This document shows, piece by piece, positions 29,765-40,400 of a stretch of 64,000 nt of DNA. Position 1 is the first letter of the stretch; each line of letters starts with the position of its first letter. The DNA is from an uncultured Gemmatimonadales bacterium (GTDB lineage: Bacteria; Gemmatimonadota; Gemmatimonadetes; Gemmatimonadales; GWC2-71-9). Both the position numbers and the translations under genes were made by a program. The notes under the pieces were generated by a model. That model saw only the letters and a program-made list of their open reading frames with translations, did not search any database and was not told the origin of the DNA. Location of the stretch: positions 70,838 through 134,837 of the forward strand of contig CAWJXX010000005.1 of assembly GCA_963846945.1 (NCBI GenBank). Reading direction: 5' to 3'.

Positions 29765-32248
29765 ATGGCGGACGACATCCGAAGTGCATCGGACACCATG
29801 ACACCGGCGATCGACCCCCACAGGCTGCTGGCGGAGGGCTTCTTCCCGTGCTACGCGCCGCGGTCGATCGGCAGGGTCGAGGTCGGCGAGGCGCTCCGGA
29901 ATGCGCTGGACCAGAGCTGCGCCGCCAGCGCAGCGATGGACCCCCGGGCGTTGCTGGCCCAGCCGCCACTGGAAACGACTCTTGCCACGATCCGGCATGG
30001 CTCCCACGCTGCCGCCGGCTTTCCCGCCATCGTCAGCTCGTTTGCCAAGGCGCTTCCCCGCCTGGGCGTCATCGACACCGGCCGGGTCTTTCTGCAGGTG
30101 AATCAGAAGGATGGCTTCGACTGCCAGAGTTGCGCGTGGCCGGCACCCGACGGCAAGCGGCACACCTTCGAGTTCTGTGAGAACGGTGCCAAGGCGATGG
30201 CCAGCGAGGGCGGCAAGCGCACCATCGGCGCCGAGTTCTTCCGGCAATGGTCGATCGACCAGCTCGCGGGCCAGCCGGACGTGTGGCTCGACGCGCAGGG
30301 ACGCCTGGTGCAGCCGATGTTCCGCCGCGAAGGCGCTGCGCACTACGAGCCGATCACCTGGGACGACGCGTTCACGCATATCGGCTCGACGCTCAAGGCG
30401 CTGCCGACCGCGGATCACGCGACGTTCTACACCTCGGGACGGACCAGCAACGAGGCAGCGTTCCTCTACCAGCTCTTCGTCCGGCAGTTCGGCACCAACA
30501 ACCTCCCCGATTGCTCCAACATGTGCCACGAATCCTCCGGCACTGCGCTGGTGGAGAGCCTGGGCATAGGCAAGGGCACGGTGACCCTCGAGGATTTCGA
30601 GCAGACCGACATGATCCTCATCGTGGGGCAGAATCCGGGGACGAACCATCCCCGGATGCTCACGTCGCTGGAGCATGCGAAGAAGCACGGCGCCAGGATC
30701 ATTGCGATCAACCCACTGGCGGAACCGGGCTTCACCCGGTTCACCGACCCGAACCCGGAGGAATACTCCAACATCATTTCATTCGGGGCGCATGTGCTGA
30801 CGGGCGCAAGCATCAAGCTCGCCGACCAGCACCTCGCGGTCCGGGTCAATGGCGACATCGCGCTCTGCAAGGGCCTGATGAAGGTGATGCTCGATGAGGA
30901 AGCCACCAACGGCGGTGTGGTGGATCACGACTTCATTCGCGAGCACACGGCGGGATTCGACCAGGTCGTGCAGGATGTGCAGGCGACGTCGTGGCAGCAA
31001 ATCGTCGATGGATCGGGTGTCTCGCGCGAGGAAATCGAGCAGGCCGGGCGCGCAATTGCTCACTCGAAGCGAATGATTGCCTGCTGGGCCATGGGGCTCA
31101 CCCAGCATCGCGATTCCGTCGCGACGATCCGCGTACTGGTGAACCTGCTGCTGATGGGCGGGCACATCGGCCGCCCGGGCGCCGGTACCTGCTGCGTGCG
31201 GGGGCACTCCAACGTGCAGGGCGATCGCACCATGGGCATCTGGGAACGTCCCGCCGGCCCCTTCCTCGATGCGCTCGAGCGCGAGTTCCGCTTTCCCCCG
31301 CCGCGCCACAATGGGCACGACACGGTGGACAGCATTGCCGCGATGCATGCGGGGGAGATCCAGGTGTTCATCGGGCTGGGGGGCAACTTTCTGTCGGCCA
31401 CGCCCGACACGGTCTGCACCGCCATGGCCATGCGCCGCCTGGGCCTGAGCGTGCAGATCGCGACCAAGCTCAACCGTGGGCACCTCGTCACCGGCCGCGA
31501 GGCGCTGCTCCTTCCCTGCCTGGGTCGCTCGGAAGCAGATCCCGCAGGATTCGTGACGGTGGAGGACGCGATGGGCGTGGTGAGCTCGTCACGCGGCCGG
31601 CTGCGGCCGGCGGGGCCCGAGTTGCGGAGCGAGACCGCCATCATCGCCGGAATCGCCATGGCGACGCTGGGCGCACATTCGAACATCGACTGGATGCGCC
31701 TCGCGTCCGACTACTCCCTCATCCGCGATCACATCAGCCACGTGATACCGGGGTTCGCCGACTTCAACGACAGGATTGCGAAGGGGCCGTTCTACCTGCC
31801 GAACCCGGCCCGGGAGCGCCACTTTGTCACCGCAAGCGGCAAGGCGCAGTTCGCCGTGGCGCCCATTTCCTCGCACGACCTGAGCGGCGACCGATTCATC
31901 CTCACGACGATCCGGAGTCACGACCAGTTCAATACCACCGTGTACGGCTTGCACGACCGCTACCGCGGGGTGCACGGCGGCCGGCGGGTGTTGTTCATGA
32001 ACCCGGACGACATGGCGGCCCGCGGATGGACCGCGAACATGCGCGTCGACATTACCAGTCATTTCGAGGGAGAAGAGCGAGTGGCGCGACGGTACCAGCT
32101 GGTGCCGTACGGCATTCCGCGCCGCTGCCTCGCTGCGTACTACCCGGAAGCCAACGTGCTCGTGCCGCTCGGGAGTGTCGCGCTCGAGAGCAACACGCCG
32201 ACGTCAAAATCGATTCACGTGAGCCTGGCGCGGAGCGAGGCCGCCTAG
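29765..32248 (+). CDS. FdhF/YdeP family molybdopterin oxidoreductase
   Basis: GFDCQSCAWP, EFCENGAKA, FYTSGRTSNEAAF, NNLPDCSNMCHE, RGHSNVQGDRTMG, RSHDQFNTT. Confidence 0.93.
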   Translation: MADDIRSASDTMTPAIDPHRLLAEGFFPCYAPRSIGRVEVGEALRNALDQSCAASAAMDPRALLAQPPLETTLATIRHGSHAAAGFPAIVSSFAKALPRLGVIDTGRVFLQVNQKDGFDCQSCAWPAPDGKRHTFEFCENGAKAMASEGGKRTIGAEFFRQWSIDQLAGQPDVWLDAQGRLVQPMFRREGAAHYEPITWDDAFTHIGSTLKALPTADHATFYTSGRTSNEAAFLYQLFVRQFGTNNLPDCSNMCHESSGTALVESLGIGKGTVTLEDFEQTDMILIVGQNPGTNHPRMLTSLEHAKKHGARIIAINPLAEPGFTRFTDPNPEEYSNIISFGAHVLTGASIKLADQHLAVRVNGDIALCKGLMKVMLDEEATNGGVVDHDFIREHTAGFDQVVQDVQATSWQQIVDGSGVSREEIEQAGRAIAHSKRMIACWAMGLTQHRDSVATIRVLVNLLLMGGHIGRPGAGTCCVRGHSNVQGDRTMGIWERPAGPFLDALEREFRFPPPRHNGHDTVDSIAAMHAGEIQVFIGLGGNFLSATPDTVCTAMAMRRLGLSVQIATKLNRGHLVTGREALLLPCLGRSEADPAGFVTVEDAMGVVSSSRGRLRPAGPELRSETAIIAGIAMATLGAHSNIDWMRLASDYSLIRDHISHVIPGFADFNDRIAKGPFYLPNPARERHFVTASGKAQFAVAPISSHDLSGDRFILTTIRSHDQFNTTVYGLHDRYRGVHGGRRVLFMNPDDMAARGWTANMRVDITSHFEGEERVARRYQLVPYGIPRRCLAAYYPEANVLVPLGSVALESNTPTSKSIHVSLARSEAA

Positions 32249-32673
32249 CCCGCGCCGACGGCCTGGCGCTTCCTGAGCCAGAGGACCAGCCCGACAATGC
32301 CGCCCAGCACAAACCCGAGCGGGCCGGTAATGAAGATGCCGAGCAGGGGTCCTTGATTGGCGTCCGGCGCCAGGATTATCGGCCCGAAGAAACCCGCCGC
32401 GAAACCGACTCCGCCCAGGATCAACGCCCAGCGCAACATGCTTCGCGCCGCATCGAAGTTGATGCCTCCGCCGGCGTTCCACATCAGGCGCCCCGCAAGG
32501 ATTGCCACCGCGAGCGAGAGCCCCAGTGCCAGGAAAACCGGCATCTCGATCATCGCAAACGGGAACCAGTACATGAGGAAGAACGTGACGATGCCGACCG
32601 CAACGGACGCGACCGTGCGCATCCCGCTTTGCGGGGATCGGCGATCCTGCGGTACTTCCCGATGGAGATTCAC
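32245..32673 (-). CDS. Small multi-pass membrane protein
   Basis: Four TMs; GFFGPIILAPDANQGPLLGIFITGPLG motif. Start uncertain. Confidence 0.7.
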   Translation of the reverse strand: MNLHREVPQDRRSPQSGMRTVASVAVGIVTFFLMYWFPFAMIEMPVFLALGLSLAVAILAGRLMWNAGGGINFDAARSMLRWALILGGVGFAAGFFGPIILAPDANQGPLLGIFITGPLGFVLGGIVGLVLWLRKRQAVGAG

Positions 32674-32686
32674 GGTCCCGAATAGT

Positions 32687-34492
32687 TCAGCTTCCCCAGC
32701 CTGAGAGCAAGCCCGGCATGGTGAACCGGACGCGCATGGTCCGCTCGCGGCGCTGCTCCGCCTCCAGGTTCAGGGTCCGCGCCTTCAACAGGTCCTCCAG
32801 GCCGACCATCCCGACCAGCTTGCGCCGCTCGCCACGCTCGACCACGGGGAAGTGGGTGAGTGACCTCGCCGCCATGCGGTGGGCAATGGCCCTGAGGGGC
32901 TCGTCGGGATAGGCCACCGCGGGGGCGGGTCGCAGGACGTCGCCAAGCCGGGCAGCGGGCTCGCTCCCGGCCCGTTCCGCCAGCTGGCGAAGGTCGAGCC
33001 GGGTCACGACGCCGCGCAGGCAACCCTGGGTGTCCACCACGGGGAAAAGCCGCTGCGATTCAGCCATCGGGTCCGCGAGGATGGGAACGATCACCGACTC
33101 GAGCGACGCATCGACGGGGAGCACGACGAGGGCGCTGCCCATCACCTCCCGCACATACAGAACCTCCAGCGGATCGGTGGCATACTCGCGACTGAGGTGG
33201 TAGCCGCGGCGCGCGATCTTCTCGGTGAGGATGGAGCGCTTGAGTACCAGCACCGTCACGAGATAGGCGCTTGTCACCGAAATGAGCAGCGGCAGGAGCA
33301 TGTTGATGTCATGCGTCACCTCGAGCGAGAACACGATGCCGGTGAAGGGCGCGCCCATCGTGCTGCCCAGGACCGCGCCCATGCTGACAAGTGGCCAGAA
33401 GCCAACCCCGAGATGCGGCAGCCACCACGCCTCGACACCACCCAGCGCGCCACCGATGAGAAGCAGCGGCGCGAGCACGCCTCCGGACGTTCCTGAACCC
33501 AGCGCGACTGCCCAGATCACCGCCTTCACCAGCAGCAGCCCGAAGATGGTCCGGTGCGCGACATCACCCTGCAGCAACTCGCCGATCGTGTTGTAGCCCA
33601 CGCCCAGGGCCTGGGGAAAGAAGTAGCCGCCGATTCCGACCACGATGCCACCGAGAGCCGGCCACCACATCCAGTGTACCGGAAGACGGTGGAAGGCATC
33701 CTCCGCTCCGTAGACCGCCTTGGTCATCACCACCGACAGCGCGCCAGCCAGAAGGCCGGACACCAGGCATCCGGCCAGCCCTGCGGCGCCGACATAGTCC
33801 GGATGTGACGGGACCGGGAAGAGCGGCCCCGGACCTATCAAGGTGTGGCGCACCGCGGCGGCGGCGGCGCTTGCAAGGGCCACCGGCACGAAGCTCCGCG
33901 GCTTCCACTCGAAGAGGAGCAGTTCCACTGCGAGCAGCACGGCCGCCACCGGCGCCGCAAAGGTGGCGGACATGCCCGCCGCGGCGCCGGCCGCAAGCAG
34001 CGTCTTCCGCTCGGTGCTCGTGAGGTGGAAGAACTGGGCGACCACGGATCCCACGGCGCCACCGGTCATGATGATCGGGCCCTCCGCGCCGAAGGGACCG
34101 CCGGATCCGATGGAAATGGCCGATGAGATCGGCTTGAGGAACGCGACTCGCGGCTGGACCCGGCTGCCGTTGATCAGGATTGCCTCGATCGCCTCGGGGA
34201 TTCCGTGTCCCCTGATCCGCTCCGATCCATACCGGGCCATCAGGCCGATGATGAGCCCGCCGACCACCGGAACGGCAATCGCCAGGACGCCGAGCGTGGT
34301 GTCGGCCGGCGTCACCAGCTGGGTGGAAATCCGGTGCAGGAAGAAGAGGTTGGTACAGGCATTGATGAGGGTGAGCAGCAGCCTGGCCAGGAAGGCGCCG
34401 ATCACGCCGATGCCAAGTGCCAGGGCACTGATGGCAATGACCCGCGGCGTGGTGGTAAAGTCGCCCTGCTCCGCACCGGTTTCGTCATGCAT
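32687..34492 (-). CDS. ClC chloride channel/antiporter with C-terminal CBS pair
   Basis: GHGIPE, GAEGP, GTSGGVLAP signature motifs and CBS domains. Confidence 0.92.
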   Translation of the reverse strand: MHDETGAEQGDFTTTPRVIAISALALGIGVIGAFLARLLLTLINACTNLFFLHRISTQLVTPADTTLGVLAIAVPVVGGLIIGLMARYGSERIRGHGIPEAIEAILINGSRVQPRVAFLKPISSAISIGSGGPFGAEGPIIMTGGAVGSVVAQFFHLTSTERKTLLAAGAAAGMSATFAAPVAAVLLAVELLLFEWKPRSFVPVALASAAAAAVRHTLIGPGPLFPVPSHPDYVGAAGLAGCLVSGLLAGALSVVMTKAVYGAEDAFHRLPVHWMWWPALGGIVVGIGGYFFPQALGVGYNTIGELLQGDVAHRTIFGLLLVKAVIWAVALGSGTSGGVLAPLLLIGGALGGVEAWWLPHLGVGFWPLVSMGAVLGSTMGAPFTGIVFSLEVTHDINMLLPLLISVTSAYLVTVLVLKRSILTEKIARRGYHLSREYATDPLEVLYVREVMGSALVVLPVDASLESVIVPILADPMAESQRLFPVVDTQGCLRGVVTRLDLRQLAERAGSEPAARLGDVLRPAPAVAYPDEPLRAIAHRMAARSLTHFPVVERGERRKLVGMVGLEDLLKARTLNLEAEQRRERTMRVRFTMPGLLSGWGS

Positions 34493-34994
34493 TGTCGACT
34501 GCTCCCGGGCGGCGCCGCTCACGCTTCTCGAAGAACATCGCCGGTGCCCCCGCCCCGGCATCCATGGCGCGGGCGAGCTCCCCCAGCGCGCTGGCGAGGA
34601 GCCGGCGACGCGTGGCCGGCAGCCGCTCGATGCCCTGCACCAGGAGGCCCTGTGCGACATCGGGCGCCTCGGCGATCGCCTGGCGGCCCCGCGCCGTCAG
34701 CGACAACTCCAGCCGGCGACGGTCGGCAGAGGACGCCGCGCGCCGCACGAGCCGGCGCCGCACCAGGCGCGAGACGACGACGGACACGCTGCTCTGGTGA
34801 GTATGGGTCTGCGCGGCGAGGTCGTTGACCGACATGACCGGCGCATTGGCAAGGGCCTGCAGCACGTACAGCTGCGCTCCCGTGAGGCCGACCTGCTGCT
34901 CGGCCCGGCGTGACGACTCGTGCAGCGAGTGGACGATGCGGCGCACCGAATCCAGCACGGTGCGCGTGTCTCCGGATGATGTATGGGCTCCCAT
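34485..34994 (-). CDS. MarR family transcriptional regulator
   Basis: GLTGAQLYVL...SVNDLA...HQSSVSVVVSRLV...DRRRLELSLT. Confidence 0.9.
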   Translation of the reverse strand: MGAHTSSGDTRTVLDSVRRIVHSLHESSRRAEQQVGLTGAQLYVLQALANAPVMSVNDLAAQTHTHQSSVSVVVSRLVRRRLVRRAASSADRRRLELSLTARGRQAIAEAPDVAQGLLVQGIERLPATRRRLLASALGELARAMDAGAGAPAMFFEKRERRRPGAVDNA

Positions 34995-34997
34995 ACA
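34980..34997. promoter_or_regulatory. Palindrome over the MarR start codon (probable operator)
   Basis: TGTATGGG-ct-CCCATACA. Confidence 0.6.
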
Positions 34998-35145
34998 ATA
35001 CATCTACAAGGCCAGGGCCGGCCGGCGCAAGGTGGGCCTGCCGCGGCGAACCGGAGTCAGCCTCCGCCGAATCCCGCGGCGCCGGAGATAGTCCCGCAAG
35101 TGCTTATGACAGAAGCACATATATGGCGTCGAGAAAACTGGTCCC

Positions 35146-35180
35146 TTGACTTTTGCCCTTCAGTGTTGAAATATCAGCAC
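35146..35180 (+). promoter_or_regulatory. Promoter and probable BlaI-family operator
   Basis: TTGACT at 35146-35151; GTGTTGA-aata-TCAGCAC at 35163-35180 abutting the ATG. Related copy at 37783-37800. Confidence 0.65.
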
Positions 35181-35579
35181 ATGACAAAGCGCCCCGCTAC
35201 CGAAGACCTGAGCCGCCGCGAGCGGCAGGTCATGGAAATCCTCCACCATCGTGGCGAATCGACGGTGTCGGAGATCATGGCTGCCCTGCCCGACCCGCCG
35301 ACCTACTCGGCGGTGCGGTCCATCCTCCGGATCCTGGGCGAGAAGAAGCTGATCGCCCACCGCGAGGACGGTCCCCGCTACGTGTACTTCCCGGCGAAGC
35401 CCACCGAGAAGGCGCGGGAGGACATGCTGGCGCACGTGGTGGATACGTACTTCGCAGGGTCGACGGAGCAGGCGGTCACCGCCTTGCTGCGACTGTCCGA
35501 CACCGACCTGAGCGAGGCCGATATCGAGCGCCTCCGGAACACCATCCGTCGCACCCGGCGGAGTGAGGGGACGAGCTGA
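35181..35579 (+). CDS. BlaI/MecI/CopY family repressor
   Basis: LSRRERQVMEIL...TYSAVRSILRILGEK...GPRYVYFP...YFAGS. Confidence 0.92.
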   Translation: MTKRPATEDLSRRERQVMEILHHRGESTVSEIMAALPDPPTYSAVRSILRILGEKKLIAHREDGPRYVYFPAKPTEKAREDMLAHVVDTYFAGSTEQAVTALLRLSDTDLSEADIERLRNTIRRTRRSEGTS

Positions 35580-37713
35580 TGCCAACCACGACCGCAGTTC
35601 CCATGGTCCTGATGCTGCTCAAGGCCACCTGCCTGCTGCTGATCGCGCTCTGCGCGACGCTGGCGATGGCCCGGGCATCGGCGGGGTCACGTCACCTGGT
35701 GTGGCTCACGGCGCTCGGTGCCCTGCTCATCATGCCGGTGCTGGCCTACTGGAGTCCGCTGCAGATGCCGATCCTGCCGCAGGGATGGGCGCAGCGCGCC
35801 GAATCGGGCGTGTCCGATGTGGCCACGGGCCGCGCGGTGGGCCCGATCACGACAGCGCCGAGCGTGTCCCCGTCGGCGGTCGCGACGCCGGTGGACGCAG
35901 TGACGCCTGCCCCGTCCACCACAACCGCCAGCCGGGTGCCGCTCTCGATCGGTGCCATCCTGCTGCTGGTGTGGGCGCTGGTAGCGGCCGGCTTGCTCGC
36001 GTGGCTCGCCTACGGCGCGCTCTCGGTGCGCCGCATCGTTCGCCGCGCGCAGCCGCTGGATGAGTCCCGCTGGCAGGTGCCCCTGTACGAGATCGCCGAC
36101 CGGCTCGGGCTGGAGACGGTTCCCGCAGCTGGTGCGCAGCGCCGACGTGATGATGCCGTTTGCCGCCGGACGTTGGCCACACGACGATCGTGCTTCCGGC
36201 CGCCAGCGATGACTGGAACGCCGAGCGCCGGAGCGCCGTGCTCATCCACGAGCTCGGCCACGTGCGCCGTCACGACCTGGTCGGCCACACGCTCGGCCGC
36301 ATCGCCTGCGCGCTCTACTGGTTCCATCCGCTGGTGTGGACGGCGGCGCGGCACCTTCGCGCGGAGAGCGAGCGCGCCTGCGATGACCTCGCGCTCGAGT
36401 TCGGTACGCGCCCGAGCGAGTACGCCGAGCACCTGCTCGACATCGTGACCTGTGTACGGGATCACCGCACGCCGGCCATTGCGCTGGCCATGGCACACCG
36501 CAAGGAGTTCGAGGGACGGATGCTCGCCATCCTCAACCCCGAGCTGCAACGGAAGGGAATGGGACGGATGCAGACCGTGGCAATGGTGGGATCACTGGGC
36601 TTGCTCGCCGTGGTAGTTGGTGCCGCGGCGCCTTCATCGGCGCCGCGCCAGGCCGAGCCGACTCCGGTCGTGGCGGCGCCCGCCGGCGCACCAGGCGATG
36701 CGCCGCGCGCCGATCGCCCGGCATCGATCGGCCTCGTCGGCATGGATGGCGATGTGGCCGGCAGCAGCAAGGCCGCAGCTCACGAGCAGAAGCGCGAGGC
36801 GACGAATGAACGGAAGGACGTGCAGCAGGCCACCTCGGCGCAGGTGCAGAAGGTCGAGCTGAAGGCCGAGGCACGGAGCGAAACGAAGAACGAGGCGAAG
36901 CACGAAATCGAGCACCAGAATGTTCAGGCGGTGACGGCGGCGGCGCTGGCAACGATCGCGAAGGCAGGCGTCACCGCGAACCAGACGCCGGATGAGCGTG
37001 CGGCGGTGCTGGCCAAGACGCTGCGCACCGACTCGAGCGCGGCGATTCGCCGGATCGCCGCGTGGGGGCTGCAGAACTACGCGGAGACCGAGGTGGCCTC
37101 GAGCGCCCTGGTCTACGCGCTGGGGAGCGACAGCGACGCGGAGGTGCGCGAGATGTCGGCCTGGGCGCTGGCTGATGCAAAGGCCTCGACCACCGTGATC
37201 AGTGCGTTGTCGAAGGCCGCGGAGACGGACAAGGACCCGAAAGTGCGCGAGAAGGCGGTCTGGGCCCTGGGCAACATCGGTGACGAGGCAGCCGTGCCGG
37301 CGCTGGTAACAGCGCTCGCGAGCCCGGACGCAAACGTGCGCTCGACGGCCGCGTGGGCCATCGGCAACTGTGGCCCGAAGCAGGCGCCGCCCGCCCTGAT
37401 CAAGCTCCTGTCGGACAGCGATCCGAACGTGCGGAAGACCGCCGCCTGGGCGTTGTACAACATCGAGGATCCAGCGGCGTTGCCGGCGCTCGAGGCGGCG
37501 TTCAACAAGGAGACCGACCAGGAAATCCGCCGCGACCTGATCCGTGCCATCGGCGCCTCCGCCAACGATGATGCGGCGGTGTCGGTGCTGCAGCGCCTGG
37601 TGACGTCGCCCGATCCGGAAATCCGGAAGGCGGCCGTGACCGCGCTTGCCGGCGGTCATGGTGGTGGCGGCCCGTGGCCGCAGCCCCGCCCGGAGCCGCG
37701 CCCCTATCCCTGA
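35579..37713 (+). CDS. BlaR1-like M56 metallopeptidase fused to HEAT repeats (indels near 36125-36170)
   Basis: HELGHVRRHD, YWFHPLVW, ESERACDD, then repeated VR..AAWALG HEAT units. Confidence 0.88.
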
Positions 37714-37782
37714 ACGGCGTCCAGTACACGGGCGCCGGGTGACGGAACAGCGTCGCCTGTCGCCCGTTTCTTTCGACAGTTA

Positions 37783-37800
37783 GTGCTGATTTTTCACCAT
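37783..37800 (+). promoter_or_regulatory. Second BlaI-like operator copy
   Basis: GTGCTGA-tttt-TCACCAT just before the RBS of the HEAT gene. Confidence 0.55.
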
Positions 37801-37812
37801 AGAGGTAACCCA

Positions 37813-39152
37813 ATGTTGCGAAGCCTTGCCATCACCCTGGCGCTGTACCTGGTCCTGCCGCACACGCCGCACGAGACGAAGGTGCACGGCGACGCGATCG
37901 ACGTGCATGCGTTGATGACCGCGGCCAAGGGAGCGCCCCGGCGATCTGCCGGCTGGCGGCCAACTCGGTGAACAACTGGAACTGGGGCGCCTGGCGGGAC
38001 GCCCCGGCGACGCCGCTCGGCCGCGAGGACCTGCGCGAGCGTCGCGGGCGGCACGACAGCCTCACCTCCGACCAGGTCAGCTACCTGTTCACAAGTCTTG
38101 GCGTGGATGATCCGTGCGTCCGCGAGCTCGCCACGCGGTTGCTGGGTGGTGACGATGGAGTGCAGGTGGTGAATGGTTTCGTCGAGCGCCTGGCATCAGC
38201 CGACTCCGCCATCCGCGAAGTGGCGGCGCTGGGCCTGGGGCTCGTCGGGCCGGACGCCGCGGTGGACCCGCTCATCAAGTCGCTGCACGACCCGGCGACC
38301 GGGGTGCGCGCCGACGGCGCCTGGGCCCTGGGTCGCATCGGCAACGGCAAGGCGCTGCCGGCGGTCACGAAGGCGCTGACGGATCCGTCACCGATGGTGC
38401 GCGAAGCGGCTGCCGGTGCACTCGGGCACCTCGATTCCAGCAGTGCGGTTCCCGCATTGCTCAAGATCCTCAGGGAGGATGACGTGGCACGGGTTCGCCT
38501 CACTGCCGCATGGGCACTCGGCAATCTCGAGGCGAAATCTGCGGGTGATGCACTCGCGCAGGCGCTCCGCGCCGACAAGGATGCGACGGTGCGTGAGATG
38601 TGCGCCTGGGCCCTGGGCAACATCGAGGCAACGGGAACTGCGCCAACCGACGCGCTGCTTGCCGCGGCCAAGGGCGATGCGAGCGAGGATGTGCGGGAGA
38701 CCGCAGTGTGGGCGCTGGGAAATGCCGAGGACAAGGGCGCCGTGAGCGGCCTCGCCATGGTGCTGGCCAGCGACAAGAACCCCAAGGTGCAGTCACAGGC
38801 TGCGTGGGCCATCGGGAACATCGAGCCGGATCGTGCGCCTCGCGCACTCATCGACGCGGTCAAGTCGAGCAATGAGGATGTGCGGATGATGGCGGCGTGG
38901 GCGCTGTCGCAGATCGGGGACAGCGCGGCCATTCCGGCGCTCCGGACGGCGCTCGCTACGGAGAAGGACCCGCAGGCGCGGAAGGCCGAGCTGCGCGCAC
39001 TGATTCACTCGGGCGAATCATCAGAACAGCTCACCGCTCTGCTGCAATCGAAGGATCCGGCGGTCCGGGAGGCCGCGATCCGCGGCATCACAGGGAACTC
39101 GGGCGTCGACCCCTGGCCGATGCCGATGCCGCGGCCACGACCGTTCCCCTGA
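37813..39152 (+). CDS. Probably exported HEAT-repeat protein (indel near 37940)
   Basis: Hydrophobic N-terminus and many VRE.AAWALG repeats; ends PWPMPMPRPRPFP. Confidence 0.82.
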
Positions 39153-39290
39153 GTGCGACATTTTGTCCCATCGCTCGTCAAAAAAAGGCCAAGCTGACCA
39201 ATGGCGCGGAATCACTGCGCCTCCCACCTTGAATACGCGGCATAACGTCTGGCCGCGCCCCACCAAAGTCGAGCCCTCGAGGAGGATCGT

Positions 39291-39932
39291 ATGGTCAGAT
39301 GGTCTGGTATGGTCGCACTGCTGCTGCTCGCGCCCGCACTGGTAACGACACAGGCGTCGGCGCAGGCGGCCGCAGCCGCGACCGTCACGTGTACGGATGG
39401 GTCGACATCCACCGCGGGCAAGGGCGCCTGTTCGCATCACGGTGGCGTCGCGAAATCGGCACCGGCGGCAAAGAGCACTGCGGCGGCCAAGCCCGCGCCG
39501 GCCAGCAAGTCAACAGCAGCTGCAAAGACTCCCCCGGCCAACTCATCGATGACGGCGAAGCCGGTGGAGCCGGCCCCCGTCGCGGCCAAGAGCCCGACCA
39601 GCGCGGCGTCGGTTACCTGCAAGGACGGGACGACCGGCACATCCGGCAAGGGCGCCTGCTCGCATCATGGCGGTGTTGGTGCTTCGACGCCGCCGGCGAT
39701 GGGCACGGGTACGACCGGGAAGTCACCAGCTCCGGCTCCGGCTGCGACCAAGGCGCCGGCGACGAAGACCGGTGGCAGTACCGCGCCGGCCAAGGCAACG
39801 CCGACGAAGTCGGACGGCAGCGCACCCGCCGGGGCGACGGCGCAATGCAAGGACAAGTCGTATTCGAAGAGCAAGCAGCATGAAGGTGCCTGTTCGCATC
39901 ACGGTGGCGTGGATCACTGGATCAGTTCATGA
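39291..39932 (+). CDS. Secreted DUF3761-like protein with three C-x-D-...-GACSHHGGV modules
   Basis: Signal peptide; three GACSHHGGV motifs separated by Ala/Pro/Lys/Thr-rich linkers. Confidence 0.8.
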   Translation: MVRWSGMVALLLLAPALVTTQASAQAAAAATVTCTDGSTSTAGKGACSHHGGVAKSAPAAKSTAAAKPAPASKSTAAAKTPPANSSMTAKPVEPAPVAAKSPTSAASVTCKDGTTGTSGKGACSHHGGVGASTPPAMGTGTTGKSPAPAPAATKAPATKTGGSTAPAKATPTKSDGSAPAGATAQCKDKSYSKSKQHEGACSHHGGVDHWISS

Positions 39933-39964
39933 TTCGGGGGTAGCCCTCCCCGCCGGTTCAACAC

Positions 39965-39992
39965 TGAACGGCCTCCGGAAGGGGGCCGTTCA
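39965..39992 (+). terminator. Hairpin after the DUF3761-like gene
   Basis: TGAACGGCCTCC-ggaa-GGGGGCCGTTCA; weak U tract. Confidence 0.45.
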
Positions 39993-40028
39993 TGTGTCTG
40001 GATGGTTTACACGGAAAGGAAGTTTCGC

Positions 40029-40379
40029 ATGAGCATGCTCGAGGACATGATGAACAAGCTGGGGCTGAGCGGGTCGCACCAGAACCTGACGACGGCGATC
40101 GGTGAGCTGGTCGGTGGCGCGCAGGGCCAGGGACTCAACAGCCTGGTGGAGCAGTTCAAGGCGCATGGCCTCGATGGCATCGTGCACAGCTGGATCGGGA
40201 CCGGTGCCAATCAGCCGATCACGGCGGAGCAGATCACAAGGGTGATCGGGCCCGACAAGCTGAACATGATCGCGTCGATGCTGAAGTTGCCGCCGGAGAC
40301 GGTGAGCGCGAAGCTGGCGGAATACCTGCCGCAGGTGGTGGACCGGCTCACGCCGAACGGAAAGGTGCCGACCGCCTAG
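40029..40379 (+). CDS. YidB (DUF937) family protein
   Basis: GL..LV..F...GL..IV.SWIGTGANQPIT...LAEYLPQVVDRLTPNG. Confidence 0.88.
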   Translation: MSMLEDMMNKLGLSGSHQNLTTAIGELVGGAQGQGLNSLVEQFKAHGLDGIVHSWIGTGANQPITAEQITRVIGPDKLNMIASMLKLPPETVSAKLAEYLPQVVDRLTPNGKVPTA

Positions 40380-40400
40380 GAAGATCCCGGCCGCGGCGTG

